DNA from: an uncultured Acidimicrobiia bacterium
GTDB lineage: Bacteria; Actinomycetota; Acidimicrobiia; Spongiisociales; JAENVV01
DNA length: 64,000 bases
Assembly: GCA_963847455.1 (NCBI GenBank)
Contig: CAWKAG010000058.1
Location: 5,644 to 69,643 of the forward strand
Reading direction: 5' to 3'
Shown: positions 1 through 9,348 of the stretch, piece after piece
How positions within the stretch are numbered: the first letter of the stretch is position 1
Layout of the letters: each line of letters opens with the position of its first letter
Program-made: the position numbers and the translations under genes
The notes under the pieces: generated by a model
The model's input: only the letters and a program-made list of their open reading frames with translations
Database searches by the model: none
Told to the model about the DNA's origin: nothing

Positions 1-73
1 GGCACCAGGCGGCAGCTTCAGTCTCAAAGTCAAAGGCATCAAGCCGTACCAGGGATAGCCGGAGGAGGAAACC

Positions 74-1453
74 ATGGTCAAGTTTCGTCTCAGAACTCCG
101 CGCGAAATCGCTACCTCGTTGCGCGCTCGCGCCAGGACCGAACCCCGCGAGGTTGAAGGATACCTCGACAGCCACCTTGAGGAATGGACAACTCTTGCCG
201 AGGCCGATCCTGCCGATGCTGCCGACATTCTCGAAGAACTTGGCGAGGACGCCGCTTCCGACCTGCTTCTGGAGCTGAGCAGCGAGGGTGCTGCTGAAGT
301 CCTCGACGAACTGCGCAGCGACCTCGCCATAGACCTCGTCGAACGTTTCACCCCGCAAGCAGCCGCGGACATTCTGGCCGCTTTGTCTCCCATGGAAGCT
401 GCCGACATCATCGGTCACCTCGATTCTGAGCAGCGCAATGCCGTGCTCGAGATCATGTCCGATGACATCTCCAGCACGGTCGAATCGCTCCTGCAATATC
501 CGGCCGACTCAGCTGGCGGGCTGATGACGACCAAAGTTGCCGCCCTTCCTGTCTCCATCACAGCAGGTGAAGCCATCGAAGCGGTTCGCAAAATGCACGA
601 GGCGCTCGAGGACCTGTCCTACGTCTACATCGTGGACGACGACCGGCGCCTCCTCGGAGTCCTGTCTTTTCGTGACCTGGTGTTCAACGCCACCGGTGTC
701 GGACTGGAGGAAGTGATGGTCGCCCACCCTGTCACGGTCTCGCCGTTTACCGACCGTGAGGAAGTCGCCGAACTCACCACTCGATATAACTTGTTCGGCC
801 TGCCGGTCGTTGACACCCATGACCGCCTCCTCGGGATGGTGACGACCGAGGCCGTCATCGACGCCGTCCAACAAGAGGCTTCAGAAGACTTCGCCACGGC
901 GATGGGCGCCGGTCGATCCGAAACCCCCTACTCGTCGATTCCCCATTCGGTCCGCAACCGGTTGCCCTGGCTGGCCCTCAACCTGGTCCTGGCCCTGGGA
1001 ACCCTCGAGGCGATCAGTCGCCAGTCGAGCATTATCTCGGACCTGCCAGTGCTGGCAGCCCTCATGCCGCTGGTGGCGACTCTGGGCGGCAACGCAGGCG
1101 CTCAGAGCCTGGCTGTGACGATTCGTGCTCTCGCAACCGACGACGTTCCCCGGTCCGAGATCCCGGGCATTCTTGGTCGTCAGCTCGCCATCGGCGCTAT
1201 TTCGGGCGTCGTGATCGGCGGTCTGGCGTTTGCCGTATCGCTGATGCGCGCCGATGTGGCGGTGGCCGCCGTCGTCGGGCTCGCCTCGTTCACGAACCTG
1301 GTCGTCGCAACCTCGGCCGGGTCGGGAATCCCCCTCGTCTTCCGAAGTCTGGGATTAGACCCGGCGCTGGCCTCCAACATCTTTGTGACGTTGATTACCG
1401 ACCTGGCTGGCTTCGGCGGATTCCTCGCCATGGCCGCGGTGTTGCTCTTCTAG
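74..1453 (+). CDS. mgtE: Magnesium transporter MgtE (MgtE_N domain, CBS pair, C-terminal TM channel domain)
   Basis: 459-aa ORF. Acidic helical N-domain (ADAADILEELGEDAASDLL), CBS-pair region (LLGVLSFRDLV, LLGMVTTEAVIDAV) and a TM domain with PLVATLGGNAGAQS and ITDLAGF motifs. GGAGGAGG Shine-Dalgarno at 61-68. Confidence 0.9.
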   Translation: MVKFRLRTPREIATSLRARARTEPREVEGYLDSHLEEWTTLAEADPADAADILEELGEDAASDLLLELSSEGAAEVLDELRSDLAIDLVERFTPQAAADILAALSPMEAADIIGHLDSEQRNAVLEIMSDDISSTVESLLQYPADSAGGLMTTKVAALPVSITAGEAIEAVRKMHEALEDLSYVYIVDDDRRLLGVLSFRDLVFNATGVGLEEVMVAHPVTVSPFTDREEVAELTTRYNLFGLPVVDTHDRLLGMVTTEAVIDAVQQEASEDFATAMGAGRSETPYSSIPHSVRNRLPWLALNLVLALGTLEAISRQSSIISDLPVLAALMPLVATLGGNAGAQSLAVTIRALATDDVPRSEIPGILGRQLAIGAISGVVIGGLAFAVSLMRADVAVAAVVGLASFTNLVVATSAGSGIPLVFRSLGLDPALASNIFVTLITDLAGFGGFLAMAAVLLF

Positions 1454-1464
1454 CCGAACCAGGA

Positions 1465-3039
1465 TCACGCAGGAAAATCGATAACTTCGGCCCCGCCTGA
1501 TCCCTGGTGGATCCCGACGAGAGCCGCAGCAACCTCAGGATCAAAGTCCGTACCGGATCCGCTGGCGATCTCGGCCAGAGCCTCGGCGAACGTGTGGCCT
1601 GGTCGATCGGGGCGGTCGGACTTCATGGCTTCGAAGGCGTCAGCGACGTGGGTGATACGTCCGAACAGTGGAATCTGCGACCCGGCCAGCCCGTCGGGGT
1701 AGCCGGTTCCGTCGAAGCGCTCATGGTGGGCGCGAACCGCTGAGGCGATCTCGGGGCGGGTGGCCTCCACCACGAGGTTATACCCGTGGACTGGGTGCTG
1801 CCTCACGGCTTCGGTCTCGGCTTCGGTGAGCCTGCCGGGTTTCATCAGGATCGACTCGGGTACGCCGAGCACACCGACGTCGTGGAGGAGCGCTGAGACC
1901 CGTAATCGCTCGAGATCGACAACGGAAAGCCCCAACTCAAGCCCGAGCTGGACGGAGAGATCTGCCACCCGACGCGAACGGCTCACCAACCGCGGAGCCT
2001 TGAGACCCAGCGCGGCCAGCAGGGCGCTCACCACCGGTCCCATCGACCCAATGAGCTCAATCGAACTGATGTCTCCTCCGACCAAACGGGTGCAGTTCTT
2101 CCCGGCGTGTTTCGCTTCGTACAGCGCCCGATCGGCTGCCTCAACCAGGGCCGTTCCATTGGCTGCGTGATAAGGATGAACGGCCACACCGAGACTGATC
2201 GCCACCGACCCAACTGTCGGCAGACTCAGCTGGCTCACCGCCACTCTGACCCGCTCTGCGGCGCGCATGGCCCCGTCAATGTCTGTTTCCGGAATGATTA
2301 ACGCAAACTCTTCGCCGCCAACCCGGCAAGGCACGTCGGATTCGCGAACGGAGGACAGAATGGCGGCTCCCACCGCTCTGAGAACTTCGTCACCGACCGA
2401 ATGACCGTAGGCATCATTGACAGCTTTGAAATCGTCGATATCTGCCATAACGACCGCCAGGGGGCGGTCGTACCGTCGCGCCCGCTCCAACTCTTCGACC
2501 AATCGTTCCCAGAAGAATCCATGGTTCTTCAATCCGGTTAGCCAGTCGGTGATCGAGACGGCTTCCAGACGCGCCACTGTGGCTTCCAGTTCGTGATTAC
2601 GTTCCAGTTCCGCTTCGTAGCGGCGCTGGATCTCTTCAAGGAGCGGACGACTCGCCTCGGTCGACAACATCCCAGAACCCGAAGACACCGCCCGGACTGC
2701 CGCGACAAGATCGTCGAGCTTTCCTTTGACGATGAATGCGGCCGTACCGGTGGCAACCATCTCAACCACCCGGTCGACATGCGAAAACGACATCTGGGCG
2801 ATGACATCGAGGCGGTAGCCCAGCAGATCGCGCAGTCGCCTGGCCGTGGTGTCGGCAGTCATCCCCTCGACGCCTACGTCGATGATGGCGATAGTCGGTT
2901 GTGCGGTCCGGGCGATGGCCAGCGCTTGCTCTCCGGATCCGACGGAACCTACGACCTCTATGTTCGCCGCAGTCAACGCCTGTTCCGAGACAGCCCTGGC
3001 AGTCGCATCCGGATCCACGATCAGGATACGCGAGCTCAT
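1465..3039 (-). CDS. Response-regulator receiver / GGDEF diguanylate cyclase / HD-GYP phosphodiesterase hybrid
   Basis: 524-aa ORF. N-terminal REC (ILIVDPD...AIIDVGVEGM), coiled-coil linker, GGEEF active site preceded by an RESD I-site 5 residues upstream, and a C-terminal HD-GYP domain (HDVGVLGV ... HHERFDGTGYPDGL). Confidence 0.9.
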   Translation of the reverse strand: MSSRILIVDPDATARAVSEQALTAANIEVVGSVGSGEQALAIARTAQPTIAIIDVGVEGMTADTTARRLRDLLGYRLDVIAQMSFSHVDRVVEMVATGTAAFIVKGKLDDLVAAVRAVSSGSGMLSTEASRPLLEEIQRRYEAELERNHELEATVARLEAVSITDWLTGLKNHGFFWERLVEELERARRYDRPLAVVMADIDDFKAVNDAYGHSVGDEVLRAVGAAILSSVRESDVPCRVGGEEFALIIPETDIDGAMRAAERVRVAVSQLSLPTVGSVAISLGVAVHPYHAANGTALVEAADRALYEAKHAGKNCTRLVGGDISSIELIGSMGPVVSALLAALGLKAPRLVSRSRRVADLSVQLGLELGLSVVDLERLRVSALLHDVGVLGVPESILMKPGRLTEAETEAVRQHPVHGYNLVVEATRPEIASAVRAHHERFDGTGYPDGLAGSQIPLFGRITHVADAFEAMKSDRPDRPGHTFAEALAEIASGSGTDFDPEVAAALVGIHQGSGGAEVIDFPA

Positions 3040-3080
3040 ACTCTGTTTATCGGCACCAACAGTGGCAAAGTTGACCGTTA

Positions 3081-3623
3081 TCAGGACCCGAGCGAGGCCT
3101 CACCCATCGGTTCGTAGGGGCCACGGAAGACCAGCCGGATACCGTCGACCAATTCGACAAGCAGATGCTCGTCGAGCAGCGCGGCGTCTTCGGCCAACGC
3201 CGCGTCGCTGTTGTAGCGAGCCGCGGCATTGACGGCGGCAATGTCCGAAACCACCCGCACCGACTCCGCTTGGGGGTAATCCTCCACGACGTCGCGCATC
3301 AGATTCTCCATCTCGTCGAACGTATATTCCTCGTTCGGAACCACCACGACGAGGGACTCGACTCCGTCGGCCGACGTGTTTTGAAGGGCCACCTCGAAAC
3401 TGATCGGATCCACCGCCAACGGGACAGTTCCGGTCGTCTCAGTCACGGTCGTCGACGGATTACTGGTAGCGGGGTCACTCGCGGTAGACCCCGTAACGGA
3501 GCCTCCTGCAACGGTGCCACCGACGGTGGTGACCAGCGTGGTGGTGCCTGCTGCATCGTCGCCACGATTGCAGGCGACGCCTAACACCAAGAGCAAAACG
3601 AGCAGTACGATGTTAATTCTCAT
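3081..3623 (-). CDS. Hypothetical lipoprotein
   Basis: 180-aa ORF with signal peptide plus lipobox (LLLVLGVAC), a Thr/Gly-rich linker, then a small globular domain. No recognisable family. Confidence 0.55.
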   Translation of the reverse strand: MRINIVLLVLLLVLGVACNRGDDAAGTTTLVTTVGGTVAGGSVTGSTASDPATSNPSTTVTETTGTVPLAVDPISFEVALQNTSADGVESLVVVVPNEEYTFDEMENLMRDVVEDYPQAESVRVVSDIAAVNAAARYNSDAALAEDAALLDEHLLVELVDGIRLVFRGPYEPMGEASLGS

Positions 3624-3719
3624 GGGCTCCTTAACGAATCCTGTAACAGTTAGGTTCCCGGCCCGAAATGACGATAAGATGGAGGAATGCGGGGGCCGCA
3701 GGAAGTGGGTTTTGGGAGT

Positions 3720-4985
3720 ATGACCAGGTACATCGGGATTCTGATGCTGACGGCGTGGTTGCTGGCGTTACCGGTCGTCGCCGGTGCCCAGGCGACGGGC
3801 ACCGACAGCGACGCCCGGGCGATGTGCGATCCCGTCACACTCAGTGACCTGTTCCCCGAACCGATCGAGCCCGAGCTACCTGAAACGCCTATTTCGATCG
3901 GCGGACGTGACCAGGCTCCGGCAACCACCACAACGACGACAACCGTTCCCGAGCCCGAACCAGCTGTTGATTGTCGGCCGTTCGTCTATGAGATGGGCTC
4001 ACCGGTCGCCAAGGCTCCCATAATCATCTCCGTCTTCGGCGACGACCGACCCGATGGAAGAAAACACCAGGGCGGCGATGTGGCCGGGCCAAAGCTGATG
4101 CCCGTATATTCTGTTTCCGATGGGGTGGTTTCCTACTTCGGCGGAGAGTGTTGCAGCCTGGCCATCCGACACACCGACGGCTGGACCAGCTACTACATCC
4201 ACCTGAACAATGACTCACTCTGGTCAGACGACGGGCTCGGCTGGGGCATTGCCCCAGGTCTGGAACTTGGTACACCCGTAACCCGGGGGCAACTCATCGG
4301 CTGGATCGGCGACTCCGGAAACGCCGAAACCACCGTCCCCCATATACATTTTGAACTGCGGATGCCCGACGGTACTGCGGTTGATCCGGTTCCATCCTTG
4401 CAAGCATCTCAGTCGACCTCGACATCAACGTCAATGGCTCTCGCCGAGGCCAGCTCAACACCGATCGTGGTGGAGTTTGACGCCACGGTCCGCTTCTCGT
4501 ACCCATACACCGACGACGACAACACCCACTACGAAGCTGCCATCGGAGAACTCACCGCGCTCGGCATCATGACTGGATGTGGCGTACCGCTCGGTTCTGC
4601 GTTCTGCCCCGATCTGCCGGTCTACGGCGCCGACGTCGAAGACTTCATACGCAACGCCTACGGTCTTGACGTTTCGGCCAGCGACATCGTTCGATACGAC
4701 CCGCCGACCGGTGCCAAAGCGTTAGCCGCAATGGTCAGCGTTTTCGATTGCGGGATCGGTCGATATTGCGACAGCGAACCACTCACCGCCGGCGGCGTGG
4801 CCCAGATGTTTGCTGCCATCGGCGAAGCCCAACCTCTCCGTGGCGGACCATCGGTCCTTGGCCTGGCCGCCTGCGATCTTCCTCTAAGCGACCCCGATCA
4901 GGTGATCACCCGGGCAGAGTTCGCGGCAGCCGCCGCCAACCTGCTCGGTCTGGCAACCGAAGTGGAGTGCGGGCCCGCCAACTGA
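3720..4985 (+). CDS. Secreted M23 family metallopeptidase with SLH-like C-terminal repeats
   Basis: ORF track starts at 3687. I prefer the ATG at 3720 (MTRYIGILMLTAWLLALPVVAGAQA signal peptide, GGGAG RBS at 3714-3718). M23 motifs GDSGNAETTVPHIHFELR are present. The C-terminal part has F.D..HY.AAI..L...GI..G and ITRAEFA motifs resembling S-layer-homology repeats (tentative). Confidence 0.8.
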   Translation: MTRYIGILMLTAWLLALPVVAGAQATGTDSDARAMCDPVTLSDLFPEPIEPELPETPISIGGRDQAPATTTTTTTVPEPEPAVDCRPFVYEMGSPVAKAPIIISVFGDDRPDGRKHQGGDVAGPKLMPVYSVSDGVVSYFGGECCSLAIRHTDGWTSYYIHLNNDSLWSDDGLGWGIAPGLELGTPVTRGQLIGWIGDSGNAETTVPHIHFELRMPDGTAVDPVPSLQASQSTSTSTSMALAEASSTPIVVEFDATVRFSYPYTDDDNTHYEAAIGELTALGIMTGCGVPLGSAFCPDLPVYGADVEDFIRNAYGLDVSASDIVRYDPPTGAKALAAMVSVFDCGIGRYCDSEPLTAGGVAQMFAAIGEAQPLRGGPSVLGLAACDLPLSDPDQVITRAEFAAAAANLLGLATEVECGPAN

Positions 4986-5000
4986 TGAGGGAACCCGGAC

Positions 5001-5813
5001 CTACCGTGCCGGATCGACCTCAAAACCGGCTGCGACCAGGCTGGCCCGGAAACCGGAAGCCAGCTCGGCTGTTACAGGACCTGCCGCAAAAGACTTGTCT
5101 CCTACCCGCACGATCGGCATGACTTCTTTGAGGGTCGACATCGCGAAGACCTCGGTAGCCGCGCCAAGACGACTCAACTCGAAACGTCCCTCAACCGCCG
5201 CAAGGTCGATCACGTAACGCCTCGTGATCGAGTCGAGGATGAACAGGTCCAGTGAGGGTGTCTCGACGACTCCGTCAACCACCCAGGCGATCGTGAAGGT
5301 CGGACCCTCCAGTAGGAGCTCGTCGTCACTTAAGAGGACGGCGTCGTCGAAGCCCCGCTCCCTGGCCAACCTGCTGGCATTGACGTTCGGGCCATAGGAA
5401 AGCGTCTTGGCCCCGGCAAGCTCCCACTGGCGCCCCGCCGGATGCCAGGGAGCGCGCATGGGCAGAAGCGCCAACGCAGTGCGTCTTGGCGGAAGCGGTT
5501 CGGTCATCACAATGACCACCGGAGGCGCCACCTCGGAATCTGGCCCACCTCGAGTCGCAATGATCCGCACGATGCCGTCGCCAGCGACCGCAGCTGCTCG
5601 GGCGATCCAACCTGCGATCTCGTCGAGTTGTGGGATGTCGAGACCGAGCGCCTCGGCTGAGCGTTCCAGCCGTTCTACGTGCTCGGCAACGGCAAAGGGA
5701 TGTCCGGCGTACGACCGCACCGCCTCGAAGCAACCATCACCGCGCACAAAGCCGGCATCGTGAACCGAGACCGTTTCGGACTCGGACCGCACGCCATTAA
5801 CCCAGACAGCCAC
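5001..5813 (-). CDS. Class IV aminotransferase (branched-chain aminotransferase / aminodeoxychorismate lyase family)
   Basis: 270-aa ORF whose length and motifs (DAGFVRGDGCFE, RIIATRGG, AKTLSYGPNV, VLLSDDELLLEGPTFT) fit fold-type IV PLP enzymes. Confidence 0.8.
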   Translation of the reverse strand: MAVWVNGVRSESETVSVHDAGFVRGDGCFEAVRSYAGHPFAVAEHVERLERSAEALGLDIPQLDEIAGWIARAAAVAGDGIVRIIATRGGPDSEVAPPVVIVMTEPLPPRRTALALLPMRAPWHPAGRQWELAGAKTLSYGPNVNASRLARERGFDDAVLLSDDELLLEGPTFTIAWVVDGVVETPSLDLFILDSITRRYVIDLAAVEGRFELSRLGAATEVFAMSTLKEVMPIVRVGDKSFAAGPVTAELASGFRASLVAAGFEVDPAR

Positions 5814-7471
5814 TACCCACCCCGATACTTGGAAGTGATCGGCAGTCGGCGATCCCTCCCGAAGGCTTTGACGGAGATCTTGACTCCAGGGGCCGACTGG
5901 CGGCGTTTGTACTCATTGCGGTCGACGAGGCCGCCAATCCGACGTACTACGGCTTCGTCATAGCCCTCCGCCACGATCGAACCAATCGACCGATCCTCCT
6001 CGACGTAGCGCTCAAGAATCGCATCGAGAATCGGATACTCGGGGAGGCTGTCCGAGTCCTTCTGATCGGGACGTAACTCGGCAGACGGAGCCTTGTCGAT
6101 AATCGACTGCGGGATCACTTCCGAGCGAGTATTCCTCCAACGCGAAAGCGCATACACCTGCATCTTGAAGACATCCTTCAGCACGGCAAATCCGCCAGCC
6201 ATATCGCCATAGAGCGTCGCATAGCCAACGGCCATTTCAGACTTATTGCCGGTCGCTACAACCATCCCGCCAAACTTGTTCGATACGGCCATGATCAACG
6301 CACCCCGAATCCGGGCTTGGAGATTCTCTTCGGCCACACCGAACTGTGTACCCGAGAACACCGGGTCCAACGCCTTGAGATGGGCCTGGAAGATGTCATC
6401 CATTGGAATCACATCGAAGCGGATTCCCAGACGGTCAGCCAGATCCTTCGAATCGTCGACCGAACCGTCACTAGAAAAACGTGACGGGAGCGATATGCCC
6501 CACACGTGTTCCGGGCCGAGGGCGTCGGCTGCCAGGGCGGCCGTCAGCGCCGAATCGATGCCACCCGACAAGCTGATGACTACGTGCTCAAAGCCGTTCT
6601 TGCGGACGTAATCTCCGAGCCCGAGTGTCAGGGCGGTGTATAGCTCTTCGAGCTGGCCCATCGGCGGGGTCAATCGGGCGGGTGGCTCAGGCGGCGAACC
6701 ACCGAGCGGCACGTCGACCACAAATCGATCTTCAACGAATTGCGGAGATCGGTGAAGCAGCGTTCCGTCGCCGTCGACAACCACCGACCCACCGTCAAAG
6801 ACCAGTTCGTCCTGACCCCCAACCAGATTGACGTAGACGAGGGGAACGCCGGCCGCCCTGGTCCGCCCGATCAGCATCTGCTCACGGCCCGCTGCTTTGC
6901 CGAAGTCATACGGTGAAGCGTTGATGTTGATGAGTAGTTCCGCACCAGCTGCCGCCTGCTGGGCCGGCGGACCGTCGGCAATCCAGATGTCTTCGCAGAC
7001 AGACACGCCGACCGCAAGGCCGAACATCGTGTGCAAGTCAGCCGGTGCGCCCCCGCGAACGAAGTAGCGGTTCTCATCAAACACGCCATAATTCGGTAGC
7101 AAGACCTTGTGATAGGTCCCCACAATTTTGCCCTGATGCAAGATGGCCGCCGCGTTCGCCACCTTCCTCGAATTGGCGTCGTCGGGTTCCTCGTCTGCCT
7201 CATCGGCCCGGTCGACGAACCCAACTACGGCAACGATGTCACCGACGTGGTCGGCTATTTCCTGGAGGGCATCGAGATTGGCCGAAACAAAACCATCACG
7301 GAGCACGAGATCTTCGGGCGGGTAGCCAGAGATGGACAGCTCAGGAAACACGACCACCTGAGCCGATTCGCCCTTGGCCCAGGCAACGGTCTCAATGATT
7401 CGTTTGGTATTGGTTTCAAGATCCCCAACTGTCAGATTCAGCTGGGCACCGGCGATCCGGATGTGGTCCAC
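5813..7471 (-). CDS. nadE: Glutamine-dependent NAD+ synthetase
   Basis: 552-aa ORF. N-terminal CN-hydrolase domain (VVVFPELSISGYPPEDL, VSVCEDIW) fused to an NAD synthetase domain with the SLSGGIDS PP-loop. Confidence 0.92.
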   Translation of the reverse strand: MDHIRIAGAQLNLTVGDLETNTKRIIETVAWAKGESAQVVVFPELSISGYPPEDLVLRDGFVSANLDALQEIADHVGDIVAVVGFVDRADEADEEPDDANSRKVANAAAILHQGKIVGTYHKVLLPNYGVFDENRYFVRGGAPADLHTMFGLAVGVSVCEDIWIADGPPAQQAAAGAELLININASPYDFGKAAGREQMLIGRTRAAGVPLVYVNLVGGQDELVFDGGSVVVDGDGTLLHRSPQFVEDRFVVDVPLGGSPPEPPARLTPPMGQLEELYTALTLGLGDYVRKNGFEHVVISLSGGIDSALTAALAADALGPEHVWGISLPSRFSSDGSVDDSKDLADRLGIRFDVIPMDDIFQAHLKALDPVFSGTQFGVAEENLQARIRGALIMAVSNKFGGMVVATGNKSEMAVGYATLYGDMAGGFAVLKDVFKMQVYALSRWRNTRSEVIPQSIIDKAPSAELRPDQKDSDSLPEYPILDAILERYVEEDRSIGSIVAEGYDEAVVRRIGGLVDRNEYKRRQSAPGVKISVKAFGRDRRLPITSKYRGG

Positions 7472-7533
7472 GGCGCAAGCCTATCGCGGCTCGACGCCAT
7501 GCGGGTTCGACCCCTCGTGGTGGGTCACTAAGA

Positions 7534-8691
7534 TTGACGCTCATGTTCACCCTCCAATCAGATCTTGTCGACGCGGCCGTCCGCTTACGTCGCGATCTGC
7601 ATCGCAATCCCGAACTCGGATATCAGGAAACCAGCACCACCGAAGCGGTCGCGGCCGCCCTGGACATCCCCGGCATTTCGCTCACGCGTCGATCTGGCAC
7701 CGGATTGATTGCCGACGTCGGATCGGGCGGTCGCAGAGTGGCGTTCCGGGCAGACCTCGACGCCCTTCCAATCAACGAGCTCACTGAAGTTCCCTACGCC
7801 TCCACCGTGCCGGGCATCATGCATGCCTGCGGTCACGACGCCCACGCCGCGATCGGAGTAGCGATTGCCCAACATCTCGCCGCCGTCGACCTGCCAGGGC
7901 GAGTCCGTTTCATCTTCCAACCGGCCGAGGAAAGTTTTCCGGGTGGTGCCAAACCGCTCGTTGCCGAGGGTGTTCTTGAGGACGTCTCCTCCATCCTGGC
8001 GTTCCACATCGACCCAAGCCTCGAGGTCGGAAAGATCGGTCTCAAAGCCGGCGCCATTACGAGCTCGTCTGACCGGTTCGAGATCACCCTGTCGGGTCCC
8101 GGTGGGCACACCGCTCGCCCGCATGAGACCGTCGACTTACTGCACGCCGCCGGTCGCATGCTTACCGACCTCCCCGCCCAATTCGCCAGGAGTATCGACG
8201 CGCGAATCCCGGTCGCCATGGTCTTCGGCCAGATCGCCGGGGGCGCCGCCGACAATGTGATCCCGACCGACGTAACCATGTCGGGCACGTGTCGGGTCCT
8301 CGACCAGGGAACCTGGGAGACGATTCCCGAGCGCCTCGAGCGTCTCGTGCAAGCCATCATTTCGCCATCAGGAGCCATCGCCAAACTGACGTACACCCGT
8401 GGCATAGCTCCGGTAGTCAACGATCCTGCGACGCTGGCACTGGCCGCCGCCGCGATCCAGAAAGAACTCGGACCCGGTTCGACAACCAGTACCGACGCCT
8501 CGATGGGGGCAGAAGACTTCTCCTGCTATCTCCAGGAGATCCCTGGCGCTCTGTTGCGCCTTGGTGCCTGGGACGGTTCGTCGGACAAGACCGCGTTGCA
8601 CTCGGCCTATTTCACGCTCGATGAACAATCGATCGAGATTGGCGTGCGGGCCGGAGTGGTATCGCTGCTCGGGCTTCTCGCCGCCCCGTGA
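7534..8691 (+). CDS. M20D family amidohydrolase (N-acyl-amino acid amidohydrolase / hippurate hydrolase-like)
   Basis: 385-aa ORF with RRDLHRNPELGYQE, MHACGHDAH and FIFQPAEE motifs typical of M20D peptidases. Confidence 0.85.
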   Translation: MTLMFTLQSDLVDAAVRLRRDLHRNPELGYQETSTTEAVAAALDIPGISLTRRSGTGLIADVGSGGRRVAFRADLDALPINELTEVPYASTVPGIMHACGHDAHAAIGVAIAQHLAAVDLPGRVRFIFQPAEESFPGGAKPLVAEGVLEDVSSILAFHIDPSLEVGKIGLKAGAITSSSDRFEITLSGPGGHTARPHETVDLLHAAGRMLTDLPAQFARSIDARIPVAMVFGQIAGGAADNVIPTDVTMSGTCRVLDQGTWETIPERLERLVQAIISPSGAIAKLTYTRGIAPVVNDPATLALAAAAIQKELGPGSTTSTDASMGAEDFSCYLQEIPGALLRLGAWDGSSDKTALHSAYFTLDEQSIEIGVRAGVVSLLGLLAAP

Positions 8692-9242
8692 CGAGCGATT
8701 ATCCGCTCCCAGAAGGCTTGCCCGCCCCGGTCGACGATGGGGCGGCTGATCATCTGATCGGGCGAGCAATGCCCCGGCTGGCGTTCTCCTCCACCGGAGG
8801 CGATGCCGTCGATCTGGCAACGCAGCCCGGCAGAACGATTGTCTATCTCTATCCGAAGACCGGTCGACCAGGCGTCGAGATGCCCGAAGGTTGGGATGCC
8901 ATACCTGGAGCACGCGGCTGCACACCGGAATCGTGTGGGTTTCGCGATCACTATCAGGACATCATCAACGCCCGGGCTTCCGTGTTCGGATTCTCAAGCC
9001 AGGACACTGCCTACCAGTCGGAGATGACCAAACGCCTTGAGTTGCCCTTCCCGGTCCTTTCGGACCCGGAATTCCTGCTGGACGGCTCGCTCAACTTGCC
9101 GACGTTTGAGGCGGCTGGCGAACGGCTCTACTCGCGGCTCACGATGTCAATCCTGAACGGCTCGATCGAGCACGTCTGGTATCCGGTCTTCCCGACCGAC
9201 ACGCACGCCGAAGTCGTCGTCGACTGGCTCGCTGCTCGTTAG
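8688..9242 (+). CDS. Redoxin / peroxiredoxin-like thiol-disulfide oxidoreductase
   Basis: 184-aa ORF overlapping the upstream stop (ATGA-type coupling). Thioredoxin-fold pattern with GCTPESCGFRDHY around the redox Cys pair. Confidence 0.7.
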   Translation: MTSDYPLPEGLPAPVDDGAADHLIGRAMPRLAFSSTGGDAVDLATQPGRTIVYLYPKTGRPGVEMPEGWDAIPGARGCTPESCGFRDHYQDIINARASVFGFSSQDTAYQSEMTKRLELPFPVLSDPEFLLDGSLNLPTFEAAGERLYSRLTMSILNGSIEHVWYPVFPTDTHAEVVVDWLAAR

Positions 9243-9348
9243 AGGTCGATGCAGGGTTGGCGCCGGCATTGCTCCCCTGAGACAGAGCGACCGAGGGAGT
9301 CCCGCCGAATCGGGCGACCCCGACGGCCGGCCATGGCAGGATGTCGCC

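Noticed and set aside
2-58. Possible 3' end of an upstream plus-strand gene (..APGGSFSLKVKGIKPYQG-stop)
   Set aside because: Only 18 codons are visible and there is no motif, so it cannot be supported from this window.
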